Source: the human T2T-CHM13v2.0 reference genome, Homo sapiens. Taken from it: a stretch of 64,000 nucleotides of DNA. Position 1 is the first letter of the stretch, and each line of letters starts with the position of its first letter. The translations under genes were made by a program, and so were the position numbers. Shown piece after piece: positions 1 through 15,250 of the stretch. The notes below the pieces were generated by a model. The model had not been told where the DNA came from. It made no database searches and worked only from the letters and a program-made list of their open reading frames with translations. The stretch is from the NCBI RefSeq assembly GCF_009914755.1, contig NC_060935.1. One strand, 5' to 3'.

Positions 1-10
1 AAATAAAATC

Positions 11-314
<304 letters not shown>

Positions 315-456
315 CCGATAAATTCTTAATAAAGACTTTTCAAAAAACAAAACAAAACAAAACAAGGCTTTTAAATGAAGAACTACTGCATCCAATTGGA
401 GTTAGCTTAAACAAGAGAAGAGTTTATCATAAGGTTTCAAATGTATCTTATGGACT

Positions 457-1456
457 TGTTCGTGGTTTTAAAATACGCCCACAAATTTTTTGAAAGAGAT
501 AGAGTGTAATTCCCCTCCCCTTGAGTATGGACTGAACTTAGCAGCTCACTTGTAACAAATAGAACATGGAAGTAGTGATGATGTGTGACTTCTGAGACTC
601 GGTCATTGTATTAGTTTGCTAGGGCTGCTGTAGCAAGGCACCGTAGACTGGGTGGCTTAAACAACAGAAATTTATTGTCGCCTTTCCTGAGGTTAGAAAT
701 CCAAGACCAAGGTGTTGGCAGGCTTTGTTCCTTCTAAAGGCTGTGAGGGAGAATCTATTCTGTTCCTTTTTCCTAGCTTCTTGTGGTTTGCTGGCAGTTT
801 TGGGTGTTTCTTGGCTTATAGAAGCATCACCTGGATCTCTGCCTTCATCTTAACATGATCTTGTCCCTGTATGCATGTTTATGTCTGTCTTTGTGTTCAA
901 ACTTCCCCTTTTTATAAGGACACTAGTAATATTGGATTAGTGCCCACCATAATGACCTAATTTTAACTTGATTACCTCTTTAAAGACCTTATCTCCAAAT
1001 AAGGTCACATTCTGAGGTACTGGGGGTTAGAACTTCAATATAGATTTTTGAGAATACACAATCCAACGCATTATGGTCGTAAATGCCCTTTTGGCTTTTT
1101 CCTTACTCTCTTTCTTAGACCACCTTCTTTGAGGGAATCCAGCTGCCATGTTGCAAGAACACTCAAGCTGACCTGTGGCAAAGTCCACTTGGCAGGGAAC
1201 TGATGTATCCTGCTAACAGGCATGTGAACGAGCTACATTGAAGGTTGCTCCTCCAGCCCCGGTGGAGTCTTAGGCTGACTACAGTTGTGGTTGATAACTT
1301 GTCTGCAACCTCCTGAGAGACCCTGAGTAGAACCACTCAGCTCAGCTGCTCCCAGATTCCTGACTTGCAGAACACTGTGAGGTAATGAGTGTTTGTTGTT
1401 ATAAGCCACACTAAGTTTTGGGATAGTTTATTTTTCAGCAATAGATAACTAAAACA
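457..1456 (+). mobile_element. MLT1F-like MaLR LTR, split by an MLT1C insertion
   Basis: Starts tg..tggttttaaaatacgcccacaaatt, ends gcaatagataactaaaaca; the two halves (457-606, 1076-1456) are collinear with recalled MLT1F. Confidence 0.7.
607..1075 (-). mobile_element. MLT1C-like MaLR LTR
   Basis: tgtattagtttgctagggctgc...ccaaataaggtcacattctgagg; 5-bp TSD gtcat (602-606)/gtcgt (1076-1080). Confidence 0.8.
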
Positions 1457-1707
1457 GGCCCCTTGGGAAGAAGGAAGGCAGGAACCAGAGTCTGGGAAGT
1501 AGACAGAACTCCCTTCCTCTGGCCTCTCTGCCTCCCAGCTTTCTCTAGTATTTCACCCACAGGCAGAAACATGGTCACCTTGTGGCTTTAAAGTTTATGT
1601 GTTACAGTTCTAGCCACACAGAAACTTCAGTTTCTGAGTGGAATCTAAATTTCAGTGTGAAAGAATATGGGCTCCAACCTGGGTCAGCTGTAATAAGGGG
1701 ATAGGAT

Positions 1708-2694
<987 letters not shown>

Positions 2695-2822
2695 TAGGTA
2701 GAGTCTTGTAGAACAAAATGGTTGCTGGAAACTTCACCTGGTGGATGAGGTGGGTGTTTCCTGAGAAAACAAAACAAAACAAAATCCTACAGCGAAAGAC
2801 AATTATAATACTGTGTACTGTG

Positions 2823-3184
2823 TGATATGGTTTGGCTCTGTGTCCCCACCCAAATCTCATCTCGAATTGTAATCCTCACACATCAAGAGAGGGACCTGGT
2901 GGGAGGTGATTGGATCATGGGGGTGGATTTTCCCCATGCTGTTCTCATGATAGTGAGTGAGTGCTCACAAGATCTGATGGCTTAAAAGTATGGCACTGCC
3001 CCTTCACTCTCTCACTCTCCTGATGCCTTGTGAAGAAGGTGCCTACTTTCCCTTCACCTTCTGCCATTATTGTAAGTTTCCTGAGGCCTCCCCAGCCACG
3101 TGGAACTGTGAGTCAATTAAACTTCTTGTTTATAAATTACCCAGTCTCTGGATCTTTATAGCAGTGTGAAAATGAACTAACACA
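2823..3184 (+). mobile_element. THE1D-like solo LTR (MaLR)
   Basis: tgatatggtttggctctgtgtccccacccaaatctcatctcgaattg...aactaacaca; 5-bp TSD ctgtg/ccgtg. Confidence 0.9.
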
Positions 3185-3199
3185 CCGTGGGAGGAGATT

Positions 3200-3600
3200 T
3201 GAGCAGACTAAGAGAACACAAAAGTGGAAGTGGGGGATTAATTTAGGCTTGCAGGGTAGATGTCAGGGATGCTGGTTGTGGAGAACAACATCTCCAGTAA
3301 ATTATAAAGGTTGAGTAGTGAGGAGAAGGAAGAAAGTTCCAGGCAGACAGGCAGTATATTTAAATGCCAGGAGGTGTGAGAGACCATGGCTAATTTGGGG
3401 GCACAGCAAATATTTTAGTGACATTGGAGTAAAGGGTGTGAGTGTGGGATTGCCCAAGAAACAACTCAGGAAACCAATCTGGGGCAGATCCTGAATGACT
3501 TCGTGTGTTTAGGTTTTGCTCTTGGAACTCTACCCTGAGGAAATGGGGAATCATTTAAGCCTATTTAGATGATCAGATTTGCATTAGTACATCAGCTTGG
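3200..3600 (-). mobile_element. L2 fragment
   Basis: Degenerate L2 3'-region motifs (ttccaggcaga, gaggaaatggggaatcatt, atcagatttgcatt). Confidence 0.55.
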
Positions 3601-4231
3601 CACTTTCAGTCAGTGTGGGAGACTTAGCAGAAACAGAAACTCCTTCCCCATTTCAAACACAGAAATACAGAAGAATAATAACAAAATAATTCAAAAGTAA
3701 TTCAAAAGATAGACTGATCTTAAAACTTAAGAAAGTCCCCAAGATTCAGAACTGAAGAGGCTCTTAAAAGCCAGAAAAGTAAGTGAAACTTGAAGCAGTG
3801 GTCCCAAGGAGAAGGGGAATGGGTAAGTTTTTGCAGCTGGGGCTTGTGGCTTTGATATCCACAAAGGGAGGGGATTCTGGACTGCCAGCTTGGTGCAGGC
3901 AGAATGCTGGAACTGACTTCAGTCATAAACCTCGCTGTCCGCCCACACCTCTGTGGATAAAGGGTAGGGCATTGGGAAACTGTGCAGATAAAGAGTCATT
4001 CCTTCCTGAGCTTCAAACATGGAGATCTCTGAGAGATCTCCCTGCCAACCCAGGGTATCAGCTGTATTTGCCATCTGCAGCAAATTCATACATATATTTA
4101 TTGAGATCCTGCTATAGGCCCAGCATCATGTACTAGGGGTATCAAGATTTTTTTTTAAAAGCTGCTGAATGATTATCTGAAAACATAACAAGTGGAAAAA
4201 TTTTGGAAGATTTTGGAATTTCTTCCCTTTA

Positions 4232-4678
<447 letters not shown>

Positions 4679-5269
4679 TCAGGAGTCTCAATCCCAGGTC
4701 TTGTGCCTTAACTAAAGAATTTGTCAGCAAGGCTTAGGGATTTATCAATTTATGAGAGGTGCTCAGCTCAGTCGAGGACATTATCTGTCTACCAGGAAGT
4801 AGATATGAGTAAATGGTTAGGGAATTGTTAATGGTACACAGGGCAGGATCCACAGAAGTGGTGAGCAAACTCAGCTCCAGGGGAAATACTGGGTGTGTAC
4901 AGGGTGGTTGGAGGTACTTGACTCCTAGGCAACAGTCTGTGTATAGCATGGAGTTAGGGTAATTTACAACCTAGGGATTTATAACTTTCTTCCTGACAAG
5001 AGGTGTGAAGTGGAACAATGGTTGAGGTCCAAGTCTCTGAAAAGGACCAGAGAGACAACCTGCAGGCTGCCTTATCTGCCCAGGAGGGGACATGGTGTTT
5101 GAGGTAGTGGGCACTTGAAATGGGTATCTTGTTCTCTGAGTTACAAATACTGTATCAACTTGGAGACTAGATTGCTCCATTGTGTAGTTAAGGTCTTGGC
5201 CTTTGGAAGCCCCTTGGTGCTAGGAGAAGTGTGGGGGTGATCTTCACCTTTTGTAAGGAAACCTCAGTC

Positions 5270-5596
5270 CTGTGCTGCCCAATATAGTAGCCACTAGCTG
5301 CATGTGGCTTTTGAGCACTAGAAAAGTGGCTGGTCCAAATTGAGATAAGTTGTAAATGGAAGATGCACTTTGGATGTTGAAGACTTAGTATGGAAAAATA
5401 AGAATGTAAATACTTGATTACTCATTTTAAAATATTGATTACATGTTGACAATATTTTGGATATATTGGGTTAAATACATTATCAAAAATAATTTCACTT
5501 GTTTCTATTTTTTGAATGCAGCTACTCAAAACATTTAAAATGAACACAGGTGGCCCATATTTGTGGCCTGCATTATGTTTCTGTTGGACAGTGCTG
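5270..5596. mobile_element. MER33 (hAT-Charlie MITE)
   Basis: Terminal inverted repeats ctgtgctgcccaata / tgttggacagtgctg and internal gtagccactagc..catgtggct motif. Confidence 0.8.
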
Positions 5597-5875
5597 CCTC
5601 AGTCCATCTGGACTTTCAGTTTCCGTAAGATGGGGACTCCTGTCTCCCTTCCTGGCTCTTCCTTCCCTCTCTAAGTTCTGGAAATTTTTACTTCTACATG
5701 ATCATTATTTACTTCTTGCCAACTGCCCTGGAAGAAGCAGCAGCAAAGGCCTTTTGTGATAAGGGCCTGACAGATCATCTTCAGGGATTTCTCAGAAGAG
5801 GCAGCTAGAGGAGAGGAGATAAGGCTGAGACCCCACCACACATTCTGAATAAGGAAGGGAAGAAGAATGAGCCAG

Positions 5876-6074
5876 CTGATTTCTCCCAATCTCCAGGGGA
5901 CATTTGGCAAAGCCTGGAGACTTCTTTGGTTGCCACAGCTGGTGGGAGGGTGCTACTGACTTCTTGGGTAGAGGCCATGTATGCTGCTAAACATTCTACA
6001 GTGCATGGGACAGTGCCCTACACAAATAATTATCTGGCCCCATATGTCAGTAGTGTCAAGGCTGAGAGACCCTG
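5876..6074. mobile_element. MER20 (hAT-Charlie)
   Basis: ccaggggacatttggcaa..ctggagac...gggtagaggcc..atgctgctaaacat..gctgagagaccctg. Confidence 0.85.
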
Positions 6075-7344
6075 ACCGAGGTCTAGAAAGGGCCTTGGGC
6101 CTTTGGTTGCCTCTGAACAGGGGTCAGGAGGGAGGCTGGAGATGCTGACACAATAGGGGAGACCTGTTCCGTCCTGTCCCATTCCCCCATTCTTTCTTGA
6201 TTGTCAGTGACTCATGGCCCTTCCCCTGTGCTCCTGAGCCCGCCTAAACTCATGCTGGTGGAGAGAAACGGAGCATTTCTTCCCAGGTGTGAATCACTTG
6301 CCCCACGCCCCTGGCGGAGACCTCTCCCTGCAGGGGATAGGCTCTTTGGAGATTTGCCCAGAGGGGATGGGCCTCCCAATTCTCTTACCTTGCCCATCTA
6401 CTTTTCTTCTTGCTCCCTCCTCCCTCTGCAGCTGTCGTGGAGCTCACCAGAAGCTCCTGGCCAGAACCAGGATTGTTGAGCAGATGTTGAGCACCTGAGG
6501 GAGGAAGCCCGTGGGAGCCGCTAGGGTTTTCTCAGAGGGAATAAAAACTTGCCTCTGAATTTCTTGCAGAAACCCGGGTCTCTGGGGAGCAGCACTGTTG
6601 GTGTTTAGACAGGTCCATTCTATAATTCCTTGACCAGATTTCATTGAGCCCTGATTATAAACCCCAGCTCTGTAAGGCACACTCTCTGCCTTCATAGCAT
6701 TTATAGTCTAGCTAGGGGTGCAAAACCCAAACACTCACAACAAATAAAAATGGGCTTTAAAGAGGAGTCAGTGGCAGTGAGGCTTCAAAGGAACAGACAG
6801 CTAGGGCTCAGAGTGATGAGTGGGGTTGCCCAGAGCTGGAGGAAGAGCCTGTATTCTGGATCCCACCGGCTCTGGCTGCATCCTGATGTTACAATTTCCT
6901 ATCTGTGCAACCTCCTCTGGGAAACAAAGGTAACAATAAAACCTAGGATTAGATGAGACTGTGAACTGCTGCCTGCTCCCACTGCCCATACACAGTTAGG
7001 TACAGCTTGTCCCATGGAGAACTGCTGGGTGCAAGGCAGTGGGTACTCCCAGATTGCTGTCTCTATGGGAAAAAGGCTATGAGTGCAGCTTGCTGATTAG
7101 GAGGTGTGGGGTATCAGCTCCTTGCTGGAAAGATGCGGCCCTGGCACACTTTGTAGCAGTTATATCAGTTATATTGGGCTTTATGAAGAGGCATCTGTCC
7201 CTGTTCTTGGGAGAAAGATTCCTGCCCACTATTCAGCCTTATGTGACCCTAGGATGAGAGCTGTAATTTGCTGAGCAGCTCTTATGTGCCAGACACATTA
7301 TGCCAGACCCTTCGCTGCGTCATCTCATTTTAGTCAAGCAACAA

Positions 7345-8109
7345 TTAAGACATCAATTAATACATATGACATATACATTAGTTGGGTCCAGAAAGGCAGA
7401 ACAACTTGAAGTGGGGTGGGGGGAGGTGGGAGTTGGGGAGCTTACAGGTCATAGGTGGATTTAAATATTTTTTTAATTGGCAGTTGGTCAAAAGAGTTAA
7501 GTTATTATCTAAAGACCTGGAATCAAGAGAGAGGAGTGTGTGGATTAAGATAAGGGGTTGTGGGGATCAAGGTTCTTATTATCCAGAGAAAGTATTTAGG
7601 TGGCTATCCTTAGTGACAATTGATGGCAAATGTTTCCTATTTAGACCTTTAAAAGGTGCTAGACTCTCAGTTAATCTCTTCAGGATGGGAAGGGCCTGGA
7701 AAGGAATAGATCTAGTTATGTTAACAGAGATTCTTTACAGATGCAAATTTTCCCCCACAAAAGATAGCTGTGTAGGGTCATTTCTCAAAATATGGTAAAA
7801 AACATATTCTGGGGTAAAATACTGTGATTTCCTTTCTTATCTGTCATGTGGTGTTATACTAGAGTTGGGTTGGAATTTGGTATCTTATTGCCACAGAGAG
7901 CCTGTTTTGTCAGTCTGAGGATCTCTGTTTTACTGTTAATGTTGGTCAGTTGCGCCTGAACTCCAAAGGGAGAAGAGGATATGGCATGTCTGACTCCACC
8001 TTCCCATCGTGGCCTGAACTAGTTTTTCAGGTTTCTTTGGGTCCCCAGGCTAAGAAGGGGGCGTCTATTCAGTCAATTGGAGGGCTTAGAATTTTACTTT
8101 TGGTTTATA
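7345..8109 (-). mobile_element. MER4-family ERV1 LTR (partial)
   Basis: gcttacaggtcataggtggattt, gacctggaatcaa, gggcttagaattttacttttggtttata match recalled MER4 LTR reverse strand. Confidence 0.75.
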
Positions 8110-8791
8110 CTTTCTGTTTCCAACAGTGGGCCAGGGGCTGGGTGACTGGAGACATAACATTGACAAAGAAACGCTCTAGTCACTCATGTCTACTGGGAGA
8201 GAACATAAAACTGGCATTTGTAGTGCAGCGTGGTGAGTGCTAGCATGGAGGTAGCATGAGTCATCAACCTGTCTGGTCTCCTAGGCTGCTGTCGCGCGAG
8301 GCACACTGCACATGGCTAACTGGGTGACTCCACCCTGGTTCGGGCACTGCACGTACTCAGCTGAGGCTGCCGGATGCCACAACCCTGGGCCAACCACCTC
8401 ATGTGTCTGCAGAAGACCACCTGTAACAGAGCCAGATCTGGTCTAATTAAAAACCCAAGTGTTGGCAGCCAGTCAGTAACACCCAGAGACTTTGGTTTGC
8501 TAACATGGGAAGGAGACAATTTATGGTCTTCTAGCTTTAGAAAATTGCCTTGTTTCTCCTCCTGCATCCTCAGATCTGTGGCTTTCCTAGACTGTGTGCC
8601 GAATCAGGCTTCCTGCATGAAAGTAAAAAAATTTGTTTTCATTCAGCATTCAATCTTTGGTTTCTGATAACTTTTTGTTTTTTCTTTAACAAAGGCAAAC
8701 CAGAGCACAAATGAACTCTATCTGTAAGAGAGGAAGAAGTTTTCCCAGAAAAAGTTACCTTTATGCTGGAACTAGAATAATAAAGAGATTT

Positions 8792-9100
8792 GGGCTGGGC
8801 GTGGTGGCTCACGCTTATAATCCCAGCACTCTGGGAGGCTGAGGCGGGTGGATCGCTCGAGGCCAGGAATTCTTGGCTTGGGCAGCATGATGAAACCCTA
8901 TCTCTACAAAAAATATAAAAATTAGTTAGGCATGGTAGTGCACCTCTGCAGTTTCAGATACTCAGGAGGCCGGGTGGTAGGATCGCTTGAGCCTGGGAGG
9001 TGGAGGCTTCAGTGAGCTGTGACTACACCACTGCACTCCAGCCTGGGCAACAGAGCGAGACGGTCTCAAAAAACAAAAAACACAACAACAACGACAAAAC
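8792..9100 (+). mobile_element. AluJ
   Basis: Dimeric Alu, J diagnostics, (A/C)-rich tail, TSD agatttg. Confidence 0.92.
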
Positions 9101-9125
9101 AGATTTGTCAGGCCAACAAAGGAAG

Positions 9126-9372
9126 TGTTACAGGAAAAAGGGGTCCTGATCCAGACCCCAAGAGGGTTGGTGGATCTCATGCCAAGAAAGAATTCAGGGT
9201 GAGTCTGCAGCACAAAGTGAAAGCAAGTTTATTAAGAAAGTAAAGGAATAAAAGAATGGCTACTCCATAGATGGGCAGCCCCGAGGGCTGCTGATTGCTC
9301 ATTTTTATGGTTATTTTTTGATGATAAGCTAAACAAGAGGTGGATTATTCATGCCTCCCCTTTTCAGACTGT
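9126..9372 (-). mobile_element. MER41A 3' LTR, 3' (R/U5-side) half only
   Basis: Aligns to 15538-~15790, then homology stops abruptly. Confidence 0.85.
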
Positions 9373-11270
9373 ATATTATTGCATTATTATTATTATTGTA
9401 TTAATGTATTATTAATGTTAAACCCAATTTTTAATAAAACTTTAGACATATTTACCCAATTTTAATGTTTAACTATAAGGTAAGATTCTTATAAACCTTT
9501 ATAACCCTTTACATTTTTTTTGTGAAAGAGCAGATTAGTACTCTAAGAAAAACCTGTTGTGCTTTTATTCTATTTAATTTACAGAAAAACTGAATAATAC
9601 CCCTTTAACTTTAGCCAATGTGTTCACACACAGAATCTCTTACAATTAATTTTTATAAACCTTCCACAACTTGTTTAAACCTTCCACAACTTGTTTAAAC
9701 CTTAGCTTTATTCTAACTAACTTAAAACAATTCTTCAACTCTTTAGGCAAAAAAATCCACATTCCTATGCCTTCTTATAATCTTTTACCAAATGTACATT
9801 CTACTTTCCTTACACACCTTACATGTAAAATTGTTTCTTCAATAGTCTCAATTATATGTGACAATGTTAAACTTTTAGCAACTTACTTTGGTGAAAACCC
9901 TGGTTAGTAAGTAATTTTAATTGTGTACTAGGTGTGGAGCCTTACCCAGGATATACCAGGCAGAAAGGCAGATAAGGGCTGACTCTCCAGCATAGCTAGG
10001 GGGTGTGGCTAACTCCACATGTCCTCAGGCCTTACCTTACTTAAGCAACCAAATTGTACAGTAAGAGTCATAGTGGCATTTTATGAAGCATTTAGGAGGC
10101 CTAACAACCTTTGAATTGTACAACGTTTCTTGCATAAATTCCCTTTCACAAATCCTTTCACGACTTACACAGACCATCTGAGACATTCTTTGACTTTCTG
10201 ACTTGCCCTCCTTTTAAATAACCAGTTATTTTACTTTAGGACAAGAATTTACCATACAAGATCCTTTCTTATATAAAATCTCTTTCTTTATAATCTTTGT
10301 ATAGCCAGGGGGCATGGCTAATTCCATGTTTCCAGGCCTTATCTAGAATCTAATGGCTTCAAAGTAGGTAAATTGAACAATTTTTAAAAGTTAAAGAAGT
10401 AGTTTATGACCTTAAAGCATTTAGCAAACTTATCTGACCTGCCTAATATAGACTGAATGTTTTTATTTTATCAATAATTTTCAAAGCTGTTATTGTTTCT
10501 TAAAGATTACTAAAGCCACATGAACTAAAAGGCATTACAGTTTTTATTTTGCTTTCAAAATATTTGATTTAAGTGCATATTTTTGTTTAAGCCAATTAAT
10601 TAGAGTTCTTTTATATAAACATTACACACAACACATATATGGCTACATAGAAAGACAGAAGAAGATGACTACAGTAGTTGTAAGGTTTTTCATTTGCCAG
10701 TTTTTAAGTTTCTTAATTGGACTACTGGGTTAAGCTGGAGCCCTTGGAAGAACAGGGCCAGGAAAGGGGTCTTTGGTACCTCCTGTTTTTTCCTCCAAGG
10801 AGTCCAGGCTGTTAGAGCTTGAATATCCACTTTTAATTAAACTTATTCTAACCATAGCACTCTTTAATTTTAGAATTTCTTAGGCCAAATGGTCGATATT
10901 TCTGGCTTTTGAACTTTACCAAAGGTAATCTCCCAGGTGCTTAGAGAAAGGAAAATTTGAGACAGTCCGTGGAGGAGAAGAGAATAGACAAAGTCACACA
11001 GATATTAAACCAGAAACGACTTACTTCCTAGGTGGGGAATCAAACCCCGACCACCACTGTGAAAGTGCAAAACCTCTGCTACTGAGCTAGAGCACAGAGC
11101 AGTCATCATTTCCCTTCCCAAAAAGAGTCTACAGTAGTTAATTTTGAGCTTGAAAAGGCTTTTTAACTATTTAATATGATTGTTAGAGCTAATTATGACA
11201 TGAACCCTAAAATTCCTGTTTCCTGAAGATGGAGACCAAAATAAAGTACTGCCGTGTGGTTAAAAGGTCA

Positions 11271-11575
<305 letters not shown>

Positions 11576-12649
11576 TCAAGTTCCCAAGGACATAAAACAA
11601 GGTGGAGACTTCATCCAGTTTTTTGTTTGTTTCAGGGACCTGTAACCAAGTTTGTTACTAACCAGTTTGCTGGCTCATCTTGAAAAGCAGGCTTACAGGT
11701 GTTCTAAGCCTGTGTTTTATCTTAAAGTACACCTCGACACAGAAAAACGATCCATAGCACAGAATACACCAGCTTAAGACCAGCCTTAGAATTCTTTTTT
11801 GCATTAATCAAAACTTTACAGAGAAGATAAACACTGATTTTTTTTTTTTAACCATTCATTCAACCATTTGCACAGAGAGAGTGAAGCCAGAGATCTGACT
11901 GGTAAGAAATTCTTACCCTTTTGCTGGCATGCCAGACTTCTGTGTTCCCTTTTCCTGAGAGGCCTTAGCGATCTGGCTTGTGGCACCATTGCCCTGGGGG
12001 CCAAGCTGCAGCATAAAGAAAAATTATTTTTTCATTCTGAGCAGAGCAAAATACTTGTGATAAAACGTAGACATTAGCCACTCTGCTTAGCACCCATTAT
12101 CAAACTGGCAAGGCTTAAATTTGCACCCATATGGGCCCTGTCATCTTTAATCCAACCTCCGACTTAGAGTTTCAACATATGGTCTCTGGCAAGATGGCTG
12201 CCCTGAGTAATAGAAAAGATAAGAAAGAGAAAGGAGAGAGAGAAAAGCATTGCCTGTGGCAGGGTGGGGAAGGCAAAATAATCAGGGAGGCCAGAGGAAG
12301 ACCCAGCCATTGCAGTGACACTGAAAAGTTCAGGCGGCTGCTTCTCAGTAGCAAAGGGATCTTTTCCAGCTGTCCCATCAACTCTCAAGTTTCCCCTTTT
12401 ATGGAGGAAAAAGCTTCCCATGTCCCATGATCCTGTACATGCCTAACCCAGTCATCCACAGCCATCAGCAAAGAGCGCAAGGCAGATTAATCCAAAGAGA
12501 ATGGCAGTTAATAGCCCATAATGCCAAACCTATTCTTAGCCATGAAATAATTTACTGAGAGGGGCCTCTAATCCCCCAAATCTTAGTAGGGACTCTAACC
12601 CTCCTAAGTTGGGCCTGTAACCCAAGGTCGGTCAAGTGTCCTTGAATTT

Positions 12650-15250
12650 TTTTTATTTTTTATTATACTTTAAGATCTGGGGTACGTGTGCAGAATGTGC
12701 AGGTTTGTTACATAGGTATACACGTGCCATGGTGGTTTGCTGCACCCATCAACTCATCGTCTACATTAGCTATTTCTCCTAATGCTATCCCTCCTCTAGC
12801 GCCCCACCCACTGACAGGCCCTGGGGTGTGATGTTCCCCTCCCTGTGTCCATGTGTTCTCATTGTTCAACTCTCACTTATAAGTGAGAACATGCGATGTT
12901 TGGTTTTGTGTTCTTGTGTTTGCTGAGAATGATGGTTTCCAGCTTCACCCATGTCCCTGCAAAGGACATGAATGCATCCTTTTTTATGGCTGCATAGTAT
13001 TCCATGGTGTATATGTGCCACATTTTCTTTATCCAGTGTATCACTGATGGGCATTTGGGTTGGTTCCAAGTCCTTGTTATTGTGAACAGTGCTGCAATAA
13101 ACATACATGTGCATGTATCTTTATAATAGAATGATTTATAATCCTTTGGGTATATACCCAGTAATGGGATTGATGGGTCAAATGGTATTTCTGGTTTTAG
13201 ATCCTTGAGGAATTGCCACACTGTCTTCCTCAATGGATGAACTAATTTACACTCCTACCGACAGTGTAAAAGCGTTCCTATTTCTCCACATCCTCTCCAG
13301 CATCTGTCATTGCTTGACTTTTTAATGATTGCCATTCTAACTGGCATGAGATGATATTTCATTGTGGTTTTGATTTGCATTTCTCTAATGACCAGTGATG
13401 ATGGGCTTTTTTCATATGTTTGTTGGCCACATAAATGTCTTCTTTTGAGAAGTGTCTGTTCATATCCTTTGCCCACTTTTTGATGGGGTTGTTTTTTTCT
13501 TGTAAATTTATTGAAGATCTTTGTAAATTCTGGATATTAGTCATTTGTCATATGGATAGATTGCAAAAATTTTCTCCCATTCTGTAGGTTGCCTGTTCAC
13601 TCTGATGATAGTTTCTTCTGCTGTGCAGAAGCTCTTTAGTTTAATTAGATCCCATTAGTCAATTTTGGCTTTTGTTGCCATTGCTTTTGGTGTTTTAGTC
13701 ATGAAGTCTTTGCCCATTTCTGTGTCCTGAATGGTATTGGCTAAGTTTTCTTCTAGGGTTTTTATGGTTTTAGGTCTTACGTTTAAGTCTTTAATCCATC
13801 TTGAGTTAATTTTTGTGTAAGGTGTAAGGAAGGGGTTCAGTTTAATTTTCTGCATATGGCTAGCCAGTTTTCCCAGCATCATTTATTAAATAGGGAATCC
13901 TTTCTCCATCATTTGTTTTTGTCAGGTTTGTCAAAGATCAGATGGTTGTAGATGTGTGGTGGTATTTCTGAGGCCTCTGTTCTGTTCCATTGGTCTATAT
14001 ATCTGTTTTGGTACCAGTATCATGTTGTTTTGTTTAATGTAGCCTTGTAGTATAGTTTGAAGTGAGGTAGCATGATGCTTCCAACTTTGTTCTTTTTGGT
14101 TAGGATTGTTTTGGCTATACAGGCTCTTTTTTGGTTCCATATGAAATTTAAAGTAGTTTTATCTAATTCTGTGAAGAAAGTCAATGGTAGGTTGATGAGG
14201 ATAGCATTAAATCTGTAAATTACTTTGGGAAGTATGGCCATTTTCATGATATTGATTCTTCCTATTCATGAGCATGAAATGTTTTTCCATTTGTTTGTGT
14301 CCTCTCTTATTTCCTTGAGCAGTGGTTTGTAGTTCTCCTTGAAGAGGTCCTTCCCATCCCTTGTAAGTTGTATTCCTAGGTATTTTATTCTCTTTGTAGC
14401 AATTGTGAATGGGAGTTCACTCATGATTTGGCTCTCTATTATTGGTGTGTAGGAATGCTTATGATGTTTGCACATTGATTTTGTATCCTGAGATTTTGCT
14501 GAAGTTGCTTATCAGCCTAAGGAGATTTTGGGTTGAGACGATGGGGTTTTCTAAATATACAATCATGTCATCTGCAAAAGGAGAGAATTTGACTTCCTCT
14601 CTTCCTATTTGAATACCCTTTATTTCTTTCTCTTGCCTGATTGCCCTAGTGTCCCAGGTCGACTTCAGACTGCTGTGCTGGCAGCAAGAATCTGAAGCCA
14701 GTGGATCTTAGCTTGCTGGGCTCCACAGGGGTGGGATCTGCTTAGGTAGACAACTTGGCTACCTGGCTTCAGCCCCCTTTCCAGAGGAGTGAATGGTTCT
14801 GTCTCGCTGGCACTCCAGGTACTACTGGGGTATGAAAAAAACTCCTGCAGCTAGCTTGGTGTCTGCCCAAACGACCGCCCAGCTTTGTCCTTGAAACCCA
14901 GGGCCCTGGTGGCTGAGGTACCCAAGGGAATCTCCTGGTCTGTGGGTTGTGAAGGCCATGGGAAAAGCGTAGTATCTGTGCTGAAATGCACTATTCCTCA
15001 CAGCACAGTCCCTCACGGCTTCCCTTGGCTAGTGGAGGGAATTCCCCAACTCCTTGCACTTCCTGGGTGAGGTGACACCCCACCCTGCTTCAGCTCACCC
15101 TGTGTGGGCTGCACCCACTGTCTAACCAGTCCCAGTGAGATGAGCTGGGTACCCCTGTTGGAAATGCAGAAATCATCTACCTTCTGCATTGATTTCGCTG
15201 GGAGCTGCAGATCGGAGCTGTTCCTATTCAACCATCTTGCCAGCCTCCCC
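12650..15250 (-). mobile_element. L1PA7/8-like element with ~3.8-kb internal deletion
   Basis: L1 3'UTR and ORF2 C-terminal half (12650-14647) fused directly to the first ~600 nt of the 5'UTR (14648-15250); TSD ccttgaattt/ccttgacttt. Confidence 0.9.

Noticed and set aside
9656-9703. 20-bp tandem repeat taaaccttccacaacttgtt
   Set aside because: Ordinary slippage duplication inside ERV internal sequence.
11025-11096. Functional tRNA gene
   Set aside because: The acceptor stem does not pair and it is embedded in ERV sequence; kept only as a tRNA-derived fossil.
14640-14660. Spliced L1 integrant
   Set aside because: No GT donor at the 5'UTR side when compared with the full-length copy at ~57665.
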